DNA of 64,000 bases from contig NC_068995.1 in NCBI RefSeq assembly GCF_001194135.2, positions 14,290,246 through 14,354,245 on the forward strand, given 5' to 3'. Below the pieces are notes generated by a model. It was given only the letters and a program-made list of their open reading frames with translations, searched no databases and had not been told where the DNA came from. The translations under genes were made by a program, and so were the position numbers. Below are positions 27,642-40,914 of the stretch, piece after piece. Source of the stretch: Octopus bimaculoides (lineage: Eukaryota). Numbering within the stretch: the stretch's first letter is position 1; every line of letters begins with the position of its first letter.

Positions 27642-28520
27642 GTAAAACTTCCTTTTCATACCTTTTCTACTCTTTCTCTTTCAATTTTTTCCTTCACTCC
27701 TACTCTTTTATTTTTAGACTCTCTGTCTCTTTCCTTCTCTCTCTCCCTCCCTTGCTCTTTTCTTTTTTTATTTCTTCTTTCATTTTGTCCTATTAAAGAA
27801 TGACAAGATAACCCTTCTCTGAATCTCAATGTATTATACAACCAATGCCTACCCCCTGTTACCATAATGTTGGATCAGAAGGAGATTGATCTTTCTCCCA
27901 CTTAGCAGAGGTAGCTAACAGTTGGAAATTCAATTCTGCTGGCAGGAAGAAGGGGAAAAAATAAATCAAATCTGTTACTTAGTGGCAAGCTTTGCCTCTA
28001 TGTGGTTCTTAATTTGTTATATCGGAGACTTTGAGAGAGGCGTTTGCCAATACCATAGTTCAATGCTAATAAAACATTTCAGCTATCAACTTGAACAGTT
28101 AATATTCTCTTGAGTCAACCTTATATACACATGTTCATGCATAATGAGCAAATGTCTTATATAACTTATGGTTGACCAATTCCTTGTGAGTGAAAATTGG
28201 TTGACAGTAGTTATATGGAAGTGTTGTATGTGCAAGTGTTTGTCTCCAAATGTCTTTGCATTGATACCATTGGAGGCAGTGATGAGGTTTTTCACATAAA
28301 CAATGTCTAGTGCTCATTGGTTTGATGTGCAAAGACCAATGAAATAAAATAGCTTACATAATAGCCAGGTATGGGTTGGCATCAGGAAGAGCATCCAGCC
28401 ATAGAATGCTACCTTGAGTACTTGTCCAACCCTAGCATTAGAAATCTGATTGTAAAATGGTGTGTGTATGTATAAGAGCAATACAGACTTTTTATCAAAG
28501 TGTAAATTCTCTATATCTAG

Positions 28521-28641
28521 GTAAGAGACCAGCTGAAGTTCATCCTATCGAAGAAGGTGTTTTCAAGGCTAATTACACAGTACCTGAAGAAGGTCCATGC
28601 CAACTTGATGTGAAATATGCTAACCAACATGTGCCAAAAAG
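28521..28641 (+). CDS. FLNA: Filamin exon: R13
   Basis: atctag acceptor, gtaaat donor, 121 nt, phase 1-2. Confidence 0.93.
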
Positions 28642-29193
28642 GTAAATTCCTTTTATTGCTAATTAGTAACAATAAACATATAGTTTATTAAATATTCTTC
28701 ATTCCAGATCCATCCTGTCATTTCCACCCTCTCTGTAGCAAAAAAGCTGTTCTGGTTTGTACCCTGCTCTGTGGCCCCTTATCTTGTAGCATGAAGTCAC
28801 CTTTCTTGAAGCTTGTAGTCCTGCAAGCTGCATGGAAACCTCAGTAGTGCTGGTATCATTGAAAATAGCACCCAGTAACTTTGTTGGTGTTAGGGATGGC
28901 ATTTCGCCATAGAAACCATGCCTAAATAAACACTGGAGAATGATGATGATGATGATGCAGCCCTGAGCTGGAGTAACATGAAATGCCCTGCTCATGAACC
29001 CAATGTACTGCTCAGTCCTGGAATTGAGCCTACAGTCTTATAACTGCAAACCCAACTCCTAACCATTAAGTCATTATCATCCTCACATTAGAGAAAGTAC
29101 CAAGTCAATTATAATTGACTATACCCCTGTTGTTTAAAAAAAATACAAAATGTGATCTTATGTTCAAAATCAATAATAATCACCTTTTTTTTT

Positions 29194-29226
<33 letters not shown>

Positions 29227-29295
29227 TGTTTATGATTATCTCCATAAAACAAATGTATGTTTTCACCATTTACATTTTCAATTGTTATTTTCCAG

Positions 29296-29446
29296 TCCAT
29301 TTAATATGCCTGTTAAACCAGGTTTTGATCCAAGTAAAGTCCGTGTTTATGGTCCTGGGGTGAATGATGTCCCTGCTAGTCTTCCTGTGTCATTCTGCAT
29401 CGATACCACTGAGGCAGGAATTGCAGACTTAGAAGTGTCAATTCAG
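29296..29446 (+). CDS. FLNA: Filamin exon: R13/R14 (SPFNMPVKPGFDPSKVRVYGPGVNDVPASLPVSF...SIQ)
   Basis: ttccag acceptor, gtaaat donor, 151 nt, phase 2-0. Confidence 0.93.
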
Positions 29447-30081
29447 GTAAATATATTTTAACTAGTGTCATTAGTGATGTGGCAGGTAATTTTGTAAGTA
29501 TTTTTCCACTATGGGTAATTTCAGGAAATATAGCATACATACAATAATTTAAATTTATCAAATTTCTTTGTGTTTATACAAAATGAAATAAATACTAATT
29601 CTTAAAATAAAAATAAAACATTTCTCATTTACATAACTCCTCCCATTATTTCTCTTTATATCCACTCCTTTTCTTCTTTTCATTGTGTGAAACATTGCTT
29701 GACTCATTATCTGCCACTAAGCTTAGTATTTGCACTCATCCCACATCTCCTAACTCTCTGTATCTGTCTTTTATCCTCTCCCCATCCTCTACATGATGTA
29801 AAGTGTAACTGGAGAAACCAATCAACCAGCCAACATTTATGCCGTCACCTATTATTGTATTGGAATTACTTTCACAGGGGTTTCAAATTTTCTTTCCAAT
29901 AATCACCTTTTAATTTAAAGTAATTTTTTTTTTAAAGAAATTAGTGTGTTGCAAATTTCTGATTAAAGAATTTTATTATCCATTACATCTCACAACACCA
30001 CTATCGCGTATTTGCACAACACTACCACACATGCGCACATACAATTTGTGATACTTAACGAGTTTACTTTATTTTAAATAG

Positions 30082-30271
30082 AGACCAGACGGCACGTTCG
30101 TTAAACCGATCATCCATGACAATGGTGATGGCACATTTAATGTTACTTACACTCCTGAAGATCTTGGTGTCTATACAATCAAAATCAAATTTGGTGGCGT
30201 TGAGATTCCAACCAGCCCCATCAAGGCTTGTTCTAAACCCACAGGAGATGCCAGCAAATGTAAAATTACAA
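30082..30271 (+). CDS. FLNA: Filamin exon: R14/R15 (RPDGTFVKPIIHDNGDGTF...PTGDASKCKIT)
   Basis: aatag acceptor, gtgagt donor, 190 nt. Confidence 0.93.
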
Positions 30272-31088
30272 GTGAGTATACAGCTTCTTCCAACAGAAAT
30301 TGTTATAGGATAGTAGGGCGAAAGCCAGTCACTTACTTTGTACAACTGTTCTTTGCTTTCTGATCTTCCAGTTTATACATTTACAATTTTTTACAAGAAT
30401 TTTCTATGGGATCTGAAAAAATTAATTTTGAAAAATTCTAAAATTTTCACATAACCTACTTTTAAAAAAATAAAAATATGAACTTGTGCATTTATATTTG
30501 TTAGAAATCATTATAATTATAAATTGAATCCTAAATACATTTATTAAATACATTACTCTTATCTTGCTTCTATAATGTATTGCCTGGTATCTATATTAAA
30601 TATGTTATGTACTATGTTAATTATGAGGTCTGTTAAAGCCGCTACATCTCTCTCTCTAAAATTGTTTGGTCTTGTAGTTATACTGGTTAGTCCACATTAC
30701 TTCATAAGGAGCTTAGGGTTGGTTTTCCAGTTCCTCTGGTGTATATATTCCTCCCTGGATGGGATTCCAGTCCATTGTAGGATTACTCATTTTTACCAGA
30801 TGAGTAGGCTGGAGCAGCATAAAATGAAGTGTTTTGCTCATCACCTGGTCCAGGAATCAAAACCAGTCTTACACCCTAATTACTAAGCCATGCTCCTCCA
30901 CATTGTATTTATACTAGTAATTATAATTATTAAATTAGTTAAATTAATTGTTCACTAAATCCACTCCACTTCCCTCTCTATCTCTCTCTAAAAATGTACT
31001 TCTGTCTTGTACTTCTGTTATAAATCATTATTATTATCATAATCATTGATCAGTAATAACCCGATTGTTTTATGCTGTTTGTTTACAG

Positions 31089-31333
31089 AGGGTACAGAAA
31101 AAACTGTTATGGTCAAAAAGGAAACTGTCATTACTGTTGATGCTTCACAGGCCGGTACCGGTAAAGTTACCTGCCGTATCCGTGATTCTAATGGTCATGA
31201 TATTGATATTGACATCATTGAGAATCCCGATGAAACCTTCAGTATTCAATTCACACCACAGTTTCCTGGAACCTACTCCATCAGCATTCAATTTGGTGGA
31301 CAAAGTATTCCAGATGGAAAATACCAAGTTGAA
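31089..31333 (+). CDS. FLNA: Filamin exon: R15
   Basis: ttacag acceptor, gtaagt donor, 245 nt, ends KYQVE. Confidence 0.95.
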
Positions 31334-34300
31334 GTAAGTCTCCTTATTTTGCCTATTGTTCCATGTGGTAAACAAATTAGGGTATTTTATTTGGGTGGAT
31401 GGTGTTAGTGGTGATGGATCTTTTTCATCTTTATGACAAGAAGTACCCTTGTTGTTTCTGAAAGAAATTCTTCAGAGTTTTTAGTCAGTATGGTTTCAAT
31501 GTCCACTTTTCTATAATTGCATAGTTGAAACAATTCATTGAGACAGATTTTCTTTGGTCAGATACTCTTCCAGTCACCAACCCTTACCTGTTTCCAAGTA
31601 AGGTGATATCTCCTCTTGGCAAGATATCTTTCACAGAACAATACTGCTTGTGTGGCAGTGTGACTCATACATAAATGAACTTCTTTCAGTTTCTGACTTC
31701 CACATCCACTCAAAAAGGCTTTGGTCAGCCCAGGGTTGTGGAAGAAGACTATACTTGCCCAAGGTGTCACACTCTGGGACTGAACCTGAAGCTATGTGGT
31801 TGGAAGCTAATGTCTACACCTTAATTATTGCTGCAAAGAAAATTTTTCCCATTTTAATTTTGTATTTGACCGAAGAAAAGTAAAATGGTGGGATTCATTG
31901 GTAGGTATTCCCTAAAACAGATAAGCAATCCAAAAAAAGGTTTCTGCATTTAAAAAAAGAAAACCTAAAAATAAACTTTTGTAATGGACCCATCAAATTA
32001 TCAGTTATTCAGTTTTCCCAATAATAGATTGATATTTGTTTATATAATCTTGATAAAAGATTTCTTTATTTTTGGAAACTATAACAATGATAAAGAACTA
32101 TTTTAGAGAGGTTGTATTCTCTTCTCCAATTCATTAGTTGGCTAACCCGGTTCAAGAAAGCTTCTTTATTTTTGGTGCTGCTTTCTTTTCTCTTCATGGA
32201 CTCTAACAAATATTCTATGAAGTACAAATATGGATCCCCCAGCCAGGTGTGTAAAATTAACAATCTTATGAGAAGGAAATTTTCTGTTATTCTTTCGTTA
32301 ATGATTTCTGAAGTACTACTTAAGCCAGTTTGTTAAAATGTCAGAGACTGGATTTGTTTCTATTCCATTGTACCACGCTGCTGACAATCAAATCAGCTAA
32401 TGTTGGACAAGTCTTTTTAAACATGGTTTAAACAAAAAATTTTTAAATTTTATTTTAGAAACATAATGGTGCAAGAGATAGCTTTCAGTTGAACTATCTT
32501 TTGTTTTATTTGATATTCGATGAAAATATCATGATATTTAAAATTTAGAAATGCCAAATTACTACGCTATCAAGTTTACCATATTCTAAGAATACCAAAC
32601 TAATAAATTTTTTAATGGTTATGATTTGCATGATAAATGCAGAATAACAATCTTCTCTTCCTTCAGTTTAGAATATTTCTAAAACATTTTAATTTGGTGG
32701 TTTTAAAAAAAAAGTGTTTTTTCTCATTTGGTTTTTAGTTTTGTACTAATTCTACTAATTTGTGTGAATGAAATAAATCCCAATAACACCATATCTTCAT
32801 TTTCTCCCCAATCTTTTTGTGTGTGTTTGGGGGTGGACACGGAGTTTGCGGCATGCTTGAAAGTAATTCATGTTTCTATTTTATCTAATTAAGAATAATT
32901 TATTAATTAAAAACAGAAATTCTATTCTTCCAATTAAGTCCAACATTTGATGGTGTGGCCACATCCTATATGCCCACATGCATTGCATACATATTTATCG
33001 TTCCCAAGAAATGCGTTTTAAAGTTATCATTATACAACAACTGCATACTGCTTGATAGTTCAACTCTGCTATAAATATGACTTAACCATTTTGGAATTTT
33101 TATTCCTGGTTTTACATATCATCTGCAGATACTTGCTTTTGCTAATTCTTCAGCATGACATACTCTTTTCCTCTTTCTCTCTCACTATATATATACATAT
33201 ATATATATATATATGTATGTATATATGTATTTATTATGTTATGTTATGTTTTTGTAACTGTTACCTGCTGTACATGTATTGTAAACTATAACACTGGTTT
33301 CACCCACATAGATTTACTTTTGGAATCTATCCAAAATACCTTAGAATGGCATGGCCTTTGTGAAGGGCAGTAGCCATACATTATCTCTTCTCAGGCTATT
33401 TTAGATTTTCTTTTTTTTTACCATTAAAACATGCAAACTTTCTCCATTCCACCCACTCTAGAATTAGTGTTGTTAGGCTTGCATTATTTTTTCTCCTTTC
33501 AGTTAAAATTTTAAAAATTTAGTCATTTGATTTTTACTAGCATTAATTTCATATCAAATTCACTTAGCCTTGGGTCAAACTTGAACAAAGCTATGGCCAA
33601 AAGCATTCCAGCTGTGACCATCTCATCTTTATAGAAGCATCTTGGACTTCATTATCTTCCTTGTAAGACAGTTGATTTGAGGAAGATTTGGCTGCTATTT
33701 ATATCGTGTGTCCATGCAAATATCCTCTTTGTCAACTTGAGTCTACTCGTGGTAAAATAAGTTGAAGCAAAATTGCATCAAGAGTGCTTATATGATGATC
33801 TATCTACTAAATAGCTTGATATTAGGGTGTTGCTCTAAACTAAAAACATTTGTTAATCATGCAGTGCTCCTCCTGCTTCAAGTATTTAGCTGGACCTTGA
33901 ACTATACCTAAACATGGTACTTATTTACTGTTAGCTTCACTAAGCCAAGCAGTTATGTGCTCATTGAATGCACTCTGTTAGTTCTATTGGCTACTTGTTG
34001 CCTCTTTCTTTTGTTAACTGAGCCAGTTGCATTTCTTGTATGCAATCAGTTAATGCTACCAGCATGCAAATGTGTGTATGTATGTGTAGTAAAGTCTTAC
34101 AATTATTTCTTTTGTTGAAGAAATCTGTTAAATTAGTGGGTTCTGTTATGGCAGTGCTAAGATAACACCTAAAAGAATTAGAAGAGGACTAACAGTTCTT
34201 AAATTCTGAAGTGACAAATTTGTATAAAATAAAGGACCTACCTCACATTGAGAATTATTTTTTTAAATATTTTGAATTTTGTCTTCAGTATGAATGGAGT

Positions 34301-35158
34301 TGGGGCACCTAATTTATGTGCTGTGTAGTACTCTAGTTTAGAATGTAGTTATTGTGTTTTGATAAGAGTGTGACCAGCTGTTTAGAACCAAAGTATTTAT
34401 TGGCCTTGAAGAGAAATCTTTTTCCTTTCTTTGTTATGCTATATGGTATAAATCATGCATGGCCCTTTTAAGCAGTCTGGTAGAGAAGTTATTTAACCAA
34501 GCATGTAGTATCGGCTGTTAAAACTATCTAAATGTTACATCAGTCTAATGTTTATGCAATTCATAAAACTTTAACTGTTATTCCAAATTCTTTAGTCAAG
34601 CTGCATAGTTATCAACTTAATTTTGCATTCATACTAGATGTGCTAAGCAAGAGATGGTTACTTAACATTCTGTTGCTTCTAAGATGCTCGTGATTAGCCA
34701 AACAAATGACTTTTTACCTAATTTCCTGAAAATGTAAATATTTATATATATTTGTAAAATCTTAATTCCACTGACACTGAAAGTATTGGTTCTAAGAAGA
34801 CCAACCAAACTTCTCACTTCACTAAATTTAAAAACTTGCCTGAGAAGCATGCACGATTTTCTTTTTAATGGTTTGCTTTAAAATTATAGAGTGTATATAT
34901 TTAAAAAATAATACAATTCACATTGTCTCTTTGTATATAATTATTTTTGTTGACTACTGTGTTCTATGTTGTAAATGTTTATAATGTAATATATATATGT
35001 GTGTAATATATACATATTGTCACTTGTACACTGAGGCACATCCTGCTGGTGTAGAAATCTCATTGGGGTCCTTTATCACAATGGGCCCCTATATATTGCA
35101 TGTCTTGCATGAAAGCTCGTTTCTTGACAATTTTCCTATTTTGCGTGTTCCCCTATAG

Positions 35159-35206
35159 GCAGTTGACTCTGCAGACTATGAGGTTTACCTTGAAACTAAA
35201 GAGAAG
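35159..35206 (+). CDS. FLNA: Filamin hinge-1 exon (AVDSADYEVYLETKEK)
   Basis: cccctatag acceptor, AAG|gtaagt donor, 48 nt, phase 0-0, no stop; the only strong exon candidate fitting after KYQVE. Confidence 0.8.
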
Positions 35207-35859
35207 GTAAGTACAACATTAATTGGTATTTTATACTGTAGCTCTATGAATTAGTTACCTCTCAGATTTCAGCCTCTCTTTATAGATGATCCTAGAATTT
35301 CTCCATAGTTTAGTGTTAGCAAAAGTCTTTTAGCTCCCTTTCTATTTCTGTTCGTGGATGCTACACCATTTACCTTCCTATTTCATCTCAATTCTGACCA
35401 AATCTCTGCATGATAGTTTCCTTCAATAAATGGTTAAAGTCCTCGTTTTTTTGCCAATCCTTAGTACTGGAGGCAAATGTTTTTATTTGAAACATTTACA
35501 GTGCTCGGTCAACCTTGAAACCTATACATTTTATCTCCATTCCACTCTCAATCCTTGTCTGTCCATATCTTCTGATATTTCAAAAGCGAGAGAAGGTTGA
35601 ACAGTTGATTATTCATTTTCTACATGAACTCTTGCATTTTAGCTTTTCTGATTCTCATGCTATAACCAATCTCTCGTCTCCCTTCTTTCCTATTCTGAAC
35701 ATACCATCTCATGTCTTTTAAATGGCCATATCAAATATCACTGGTCATCCTACCTTCATATCTTTATTAATTTTCCTGCGTCATATCTCCCTATATCTTA
35801 TCCTTGTAACTATTGTTTATTAATTTCAAATTTATCGCTAAAATTGATTTATCTTTCAG

Positions 35860-35880
35860 GTTCTTTGTCCCCAACCTGTG
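35860..35880 (+). CDS. FLNA: Candidate hinge-1 microexon (VLCPQPV)
   Basis: atctttcag acceptor, gtcagt donor (the same hexamer is used at 39635 and 54298), 21 nt, phase 0-0. Confidence 0.5.
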
Positions 35881-36240
35881 GTCAGTCAACTGCAATTTTT
35901 TTTTAACTTAACAAAAATTTTAAATTATTAAACCTATTTTCTCTTTAATATTACAATTCTATGGACATTAGCTTTCCACTGTGTGTAAAACACAATGTAA
36001 TTGTCTTGTGAGTGATTAACTTAATATTTTTTAAATAATTTCCACCACAAATCATGTTTATTACTAACTTGTAATTAATGCTAGAACACAAGTTTATTTT
36101 GGCTTTAAAGCACCAGTTATTCAATTACAAATTAATATGGAATATATATTAGGAGTGTGTGTGTGAGTGAGAATTTTTCATGCAGTTATAAACTTCAGAA
36201 AAATCTTTCACTTGTAGCATAAATTAGCATAAATTTAATA

Positions 36241-36280
<40 letters not shown>

Positions 36281-37672
36281 TAAGACCTATCTGGAATCAT
36301 CAACCATGTGTTGAAAGTCATCTGATTGATTTTTTGCAATGAATCTATTTGTATTCACGTTTTATTAGTCATTAGTATTAATTAGGTGAAGCAAGTAGAT
36401 GTTATTACATTTTAATGTCCTTTTTGAGTTCACATTAGCTAATTAACTTGATGAGTAATGTTAGAAGCTTGTTTCAATTTTCCTTTTGAATTCATATACA
36501 ATTTATTTTTTACTGTTGCAAGCTCAGTCCATTAGTATGTAAGAATGCACCTATTAAGGGTTGCTGGTGTAGGAGTCTTAAAAGGAAAACTAAAATATTT
36601 CAATTGTTATTGGAGTTAGGGTTAGCATGCTGGATTTGGAGTACACCTTCCTATTGCCTTATTTCCATTAAAATATACAGTAATTGTTTCTATTGAGTTT
36701 TTGACAAACTACAAGTAATTTTGTAAAATGCCTATCCTTATTAAGTTGGTGTTTGAAATCTTAGGTTTCAGTTGCTTCAAAACAGAAAATTTTAATCCTA
36801 ATACCAGGAGTAGTTTCAGACAGTTTTGATCTTTGTGTGTATAATAGCTAATTTTGGATTTATCAATTATTAAAGTTATCATTTTGATTTTTTTTTTTTT
36901 TTTTTTTTTTAATATATGGGGAAGGGTAATAGTTAATTGAATCAACCCCAGAGTATTAGTGGTATTTAACCGAGTCCCCCTTCTCACAAAAGGATGAAAG
37001 AAATATAACTCAAAAGTGTTAACTTAAGAGTGTAGATAAACAAACAAAAAAACTGTTAAAAGTATTTTCTTTACTGCTCTAGGATTCCTACATATACACC
37101 ACATTTCCATTTACTGATACTAGTACAGAACAAGGCAGCAAGCTGGCTGAATCCTTAGCTTACTGGGTAAAATACTTAACAGCATTTCTAAGTTCAAATT
37201 CCATCATAGTCAACTTTGCCTTTCATACTTTCGGATTCGATTAAAATAAGTACCAGTCGAGCACTGGAGCCAGTGCAATCAACTCCTTCCCTCCCAGAAA
37301 TTGCTGGACTTGTGCAAAAATTTAAAACTGATATTGGTACAGTAGACTTATTTAGAAGTATATTGGAATAATGAATTGAATACTTGATGCTGGTTTTGTG
37401 TGGATATTGTCATATTTGGTGTCTTTATTAAATTACTACAAATCCAAACTAAGAGTATATACTATCATACACTTTTAATTCATAACAGTTGTGTTTTCAC
37501 TGGCTTTTAAGTCAGCTACTTTCACTAATAATAATCACCTAAAACTACCAATACTTTAACTAATGTTTTAACCAATGCTTTAATTTACCTCCTGTGGGCG
37601 CTGTGGAATAATCTATTATTCATTCAGATATTCAATTCTGACCACCCTTCCTTTCTCTATTTTTCATTTTAG

Positions 37673-37784
37673 GTTGATGATATTATCAAACCAGTTAAGG
37701 TTGATGAAGTCCAGAGTGCTCCTGCACCATACCATCCATTAGATTTCTGCATCCCTGTTGGTCCAGTTTTCAACTTTGTCTCAG
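37673..37784 (+). CDS. FLNA: Filamin exon: hinge 1/R16 start (VDDIIKPVKVDEVQSAPAPYHPLDFCIPVGPVFNFVS)
   Basis: cattttag acceptor, gttagt donor, 112 nt, phase 0-1 matching the next exon; PLDFCIP resembles human RPFDLVIP. Confidence 0.87.
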
Positions 37785-37789
37785 GTTAG

Positions 37790-37823
<34 letters not shown>

Positions 37824-38797
37824 AATTTTTCTTTCTCGTAACATATGGCTGTGTGGTTAAAAAGCTCAAGTTTGCCATCACAACCATATGATTTTAGGTT
37901 TAGTCACACTGCATGGCACCTTGGGAAAATGTATTCTTCTATAGCCCCGAATCAACCAACAATATCTTGTATGTGAATGGACACATTTTCATGGAAGATT
38001 GGAAACTGACAACACTTGTATGATGATGACACAAATATGCAATGCCACGATGAGGAAGTACACATGCACACACACACCTTTCGGTTTCTATTAGATTCAG
38101 TCATAATACTTTGGTTGAGTAGAAAACACTTGCCTGAGTTCCATACAGGAGACTGAACCCAAAAACATGGAATTGGGAAGTAAACTTCTTAACCATAAGA
38201 CCATGCCTGATCTTTGAATTCATATGATTATAGTTATGGTCACTAATAGTTTCATTGTCAGATCAGTGAAAAGTAAAATGAAGTAGTTTAGTAAACCATG
38301 ACCAGAAATATCTCGTTTCAGTTGAGACCTTAAATATCTAATAAAGAACTCTACATTGGCTCTTTCTGGCTTTTCTAACAAGTAATCTAAAGGATTTATT
38401 TTCATTTATTATATTGAATCATTGACATCATCATAGTTTTTAATGTCCACTTTTCCATGCTTGCATTGGTTGAATGGAGTTTGAGACAGATTTTCTGTAG
38501 CTGGATGTCCTTCCTGTTGCCAGGCAAAGTAATATTTCTCCATGGCCAAATATGTTTTCATAGAAAATTGGAAATGGACACCACTTTCATGATGGTGACA
38601 TTCATTTATGACTATCAAGTGATGTCAAAATATGAAGAGACAAACCTGCATACACACAACGGGCTTCTTTAAATTTCCATTTACCAAATCCACTTACAAG
38701 GTGTTGGTGAACACCAGGGCTATAGTAGATACTTGTTGAAGATGACAATACAATAATAATTTTGTATTTTCTCACATTTTGTTTTTTATTCTCTTAG

Positions 38798-38938
38798 GTC
38801 ACATTATCACTCCTTCTGGTAAGAAGGTTTATCCCAAAATTGAAGACAACAAGAATGGTACCGTTGGTGTTCGTTACCAACCAACTGAAGCTGGTTTGCA
38901 TGAGCTTCACATCCAGTACAACAATGAACCCGTCTATG
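38798..38938 (+). CDS. FLNA: Filamin exon: R16
   Basis: cttag acceptor, gtgaga donor, 141 nt. Confidence 0.95.
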
Positions 38939-39505
38939 GTGAGATTACCATTTTTTTTTTTTCTTTGTGCACCTTCTTTGTTTCCATATTTTTCTTCTTT
39001 TTAAGGCAGCTAGCTGGCAGAATCATTAGCATGCCGGACAAAATGCGTAGCAGCATTTCATATGTTTTAACATTCTGAGTTCAAATTCTGGCATGGTCAA
39101 TTTTGTCTTTCATCCTTTCGGGGTCAGTGAAATAGTACCAGTTGAGAACTTGAGACCATGTCACCGACTAGCTCCCTCACAAAATTTCAGGCCTTGTGCC
39201 TATATGAGAAAGGATTATTATTATGATTTGGAAAAATTGTTCGAGCATCAGACACAGTCTCTCTAGATTCTGAAGAGAATCCTGCTAGGGTCAACTTCGC
39301 CTTTCATCCTTCCAGGGTTAAAATAAAGTATGCTGTGAACTGGGCTCAACAATGCTGACTATTTACAGCCTTATGCCTTTATTACAAATTATTTTAGGCT
39401 CGTGTTAACTAATTCTTTCTCTTACCAAAAATAGAAATTCATCTGGAAATTTATCTACTTAGCCATTTTCACATGTATAATTTCTTTTGTTTTCTTTGTT
39501 AACAG

Positions 39506-39634
39506 GAAGTCCCTTCCATTTCCACGTGGATGCAATTAACAGTGGCCAAGTCACTGCACATGGACCTGGTCTTACACATGGTGTCGTCAACGAATCTGCT
39601 GTCTTCACCATTGTTACTAAAGATGCCGGCGCAG
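39506..39634 (+). CDS. FLNA: Filamin exon: R16/R17
   Basis: aacag acceptor, gtcagt donor, 129 nt. Confidence 0.95.
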
Positions 39635-40261
39635 GTCAGTTTGATTCTTTTCTTTCTTTCAATTTTATTGTACTTTTTTGTTTACAAAAGCTTTTAGTTT
39701 TAATTCATGAATAAAACACAATGTTGGAATTTAGAATCATGTAATCTAAATTCTATACATATCATCCTTTGATGTCTACTCATCCATATTTGCATAGGTC
39801 AGATGGAATTCATAGAACCAGATTTTACTGTGATCGGGTGCTCTTCCTGTTACCAACCCTCAGTTGCTTTGAAGAAAGTTAATATTTTGTCATGACCAAG
39901 TGCTTTCATGGAAGAGTGGGAACTAATGGCACTGCGTATATGATGTGACACTTGTTTCACAATCGTCATGCAGTGACAAGACTAGAGATCAAACATGCAT
40001 ACATACGATAGGCTTCTTTTAGTTTCTATCTACCAAATTCACTCAAAGCTTTGATCTCTCCAGGGCTGTAGTAGACATTTGTCCAAGTTGCCATGCAGTG
40101 GGACTGAACCCAAGACCATGTAACTGAAAAGTCATTTAAAAAATTCTTGTGAATCAAGGGATTCTCAAAGCAGATACTATAAAATTCCATATATAGAACA
40201 CTACCATGCATCATGTATAAAACACTTCTCAATTGTTGAACCAAATTGACTTTAAAACCTT

Positions 40262-40428
40262 ATAGTCGAGAAAGTTGTGGCGAAAGAGTACAGCAGGGTT
40301 CGCCACCATCCCCTGCCGGAGCCTTTCGGAGCTTTCGCTCAATAAACACTCACAACGCCCGGTCTGGGAATCGAAACTGCGATCCTATAACCGCGAGTCC
40401 GCTGCCCTATCCACTGGGCCATTGCGCC
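40262..40428 (-). mobile_element. tRNA-Arg-derived SINE, GC-rich and apparently young
   Basis: Minus strand ggcgcaatggcccagtgg (A box)...gactcgcg (UCG anticodon-like loop)...gtttcgattcc (B box), followed by a non-tRNA body. Confidence 0.75.
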
Positions 40429-40740
40429 TACAATACTAGAGTATACTATAAACCAATATAATAGTTTATATTTCATTCTATAAAATAGATGTATAATAAT
40501 CTAAATAATGAACCTTTTAATACTTTGTTGTGGATTGGGATGATTAAAGGAAAAAAAAAAAAGGGTGTATTAGATACATGTTGTTTTACAATAGTTCTGT
40601 ATGTCAATTACATAAGTCTCAATGATATGAAGAATAAAGCACAACTCTGTTTAAATTATTTTTACCCTTGTTTCTACAATGATTTCCTATTTGTTGCTCG
40701 GAAGAGGACTAATGAGAATGATTTTTTTTTTTCATTTCAG

Positions 40741-40914
40741 GCGGTTTGTCCTTGTCCATTGAAGGTCCTTCTAAGGCCACTATTAACTGTGTGGACAACA
40801 AAGACGGTACATGTACAGTTAGCTACTTGCCTACAGCTCCTGGAGAGTATTGTATTACTGTCAAGTTTGCTGATAGCAACATCTCTGGATCACCATTCAA
40901 ACCAAAGATCACAC
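40741..40914 (+). CDS. FLNA: Filamin exon: R17
   Basis: tttcag acceptor, gtacgt donor, 174 nt. Confidence 0.95.

Noticed and set aside
40355-40428. tRNA-Arg-like sequence
   Set aside because: It runs into a SINE body with no proper acceptor stem or terminator; it is a SINE head, not a tRNA gene.
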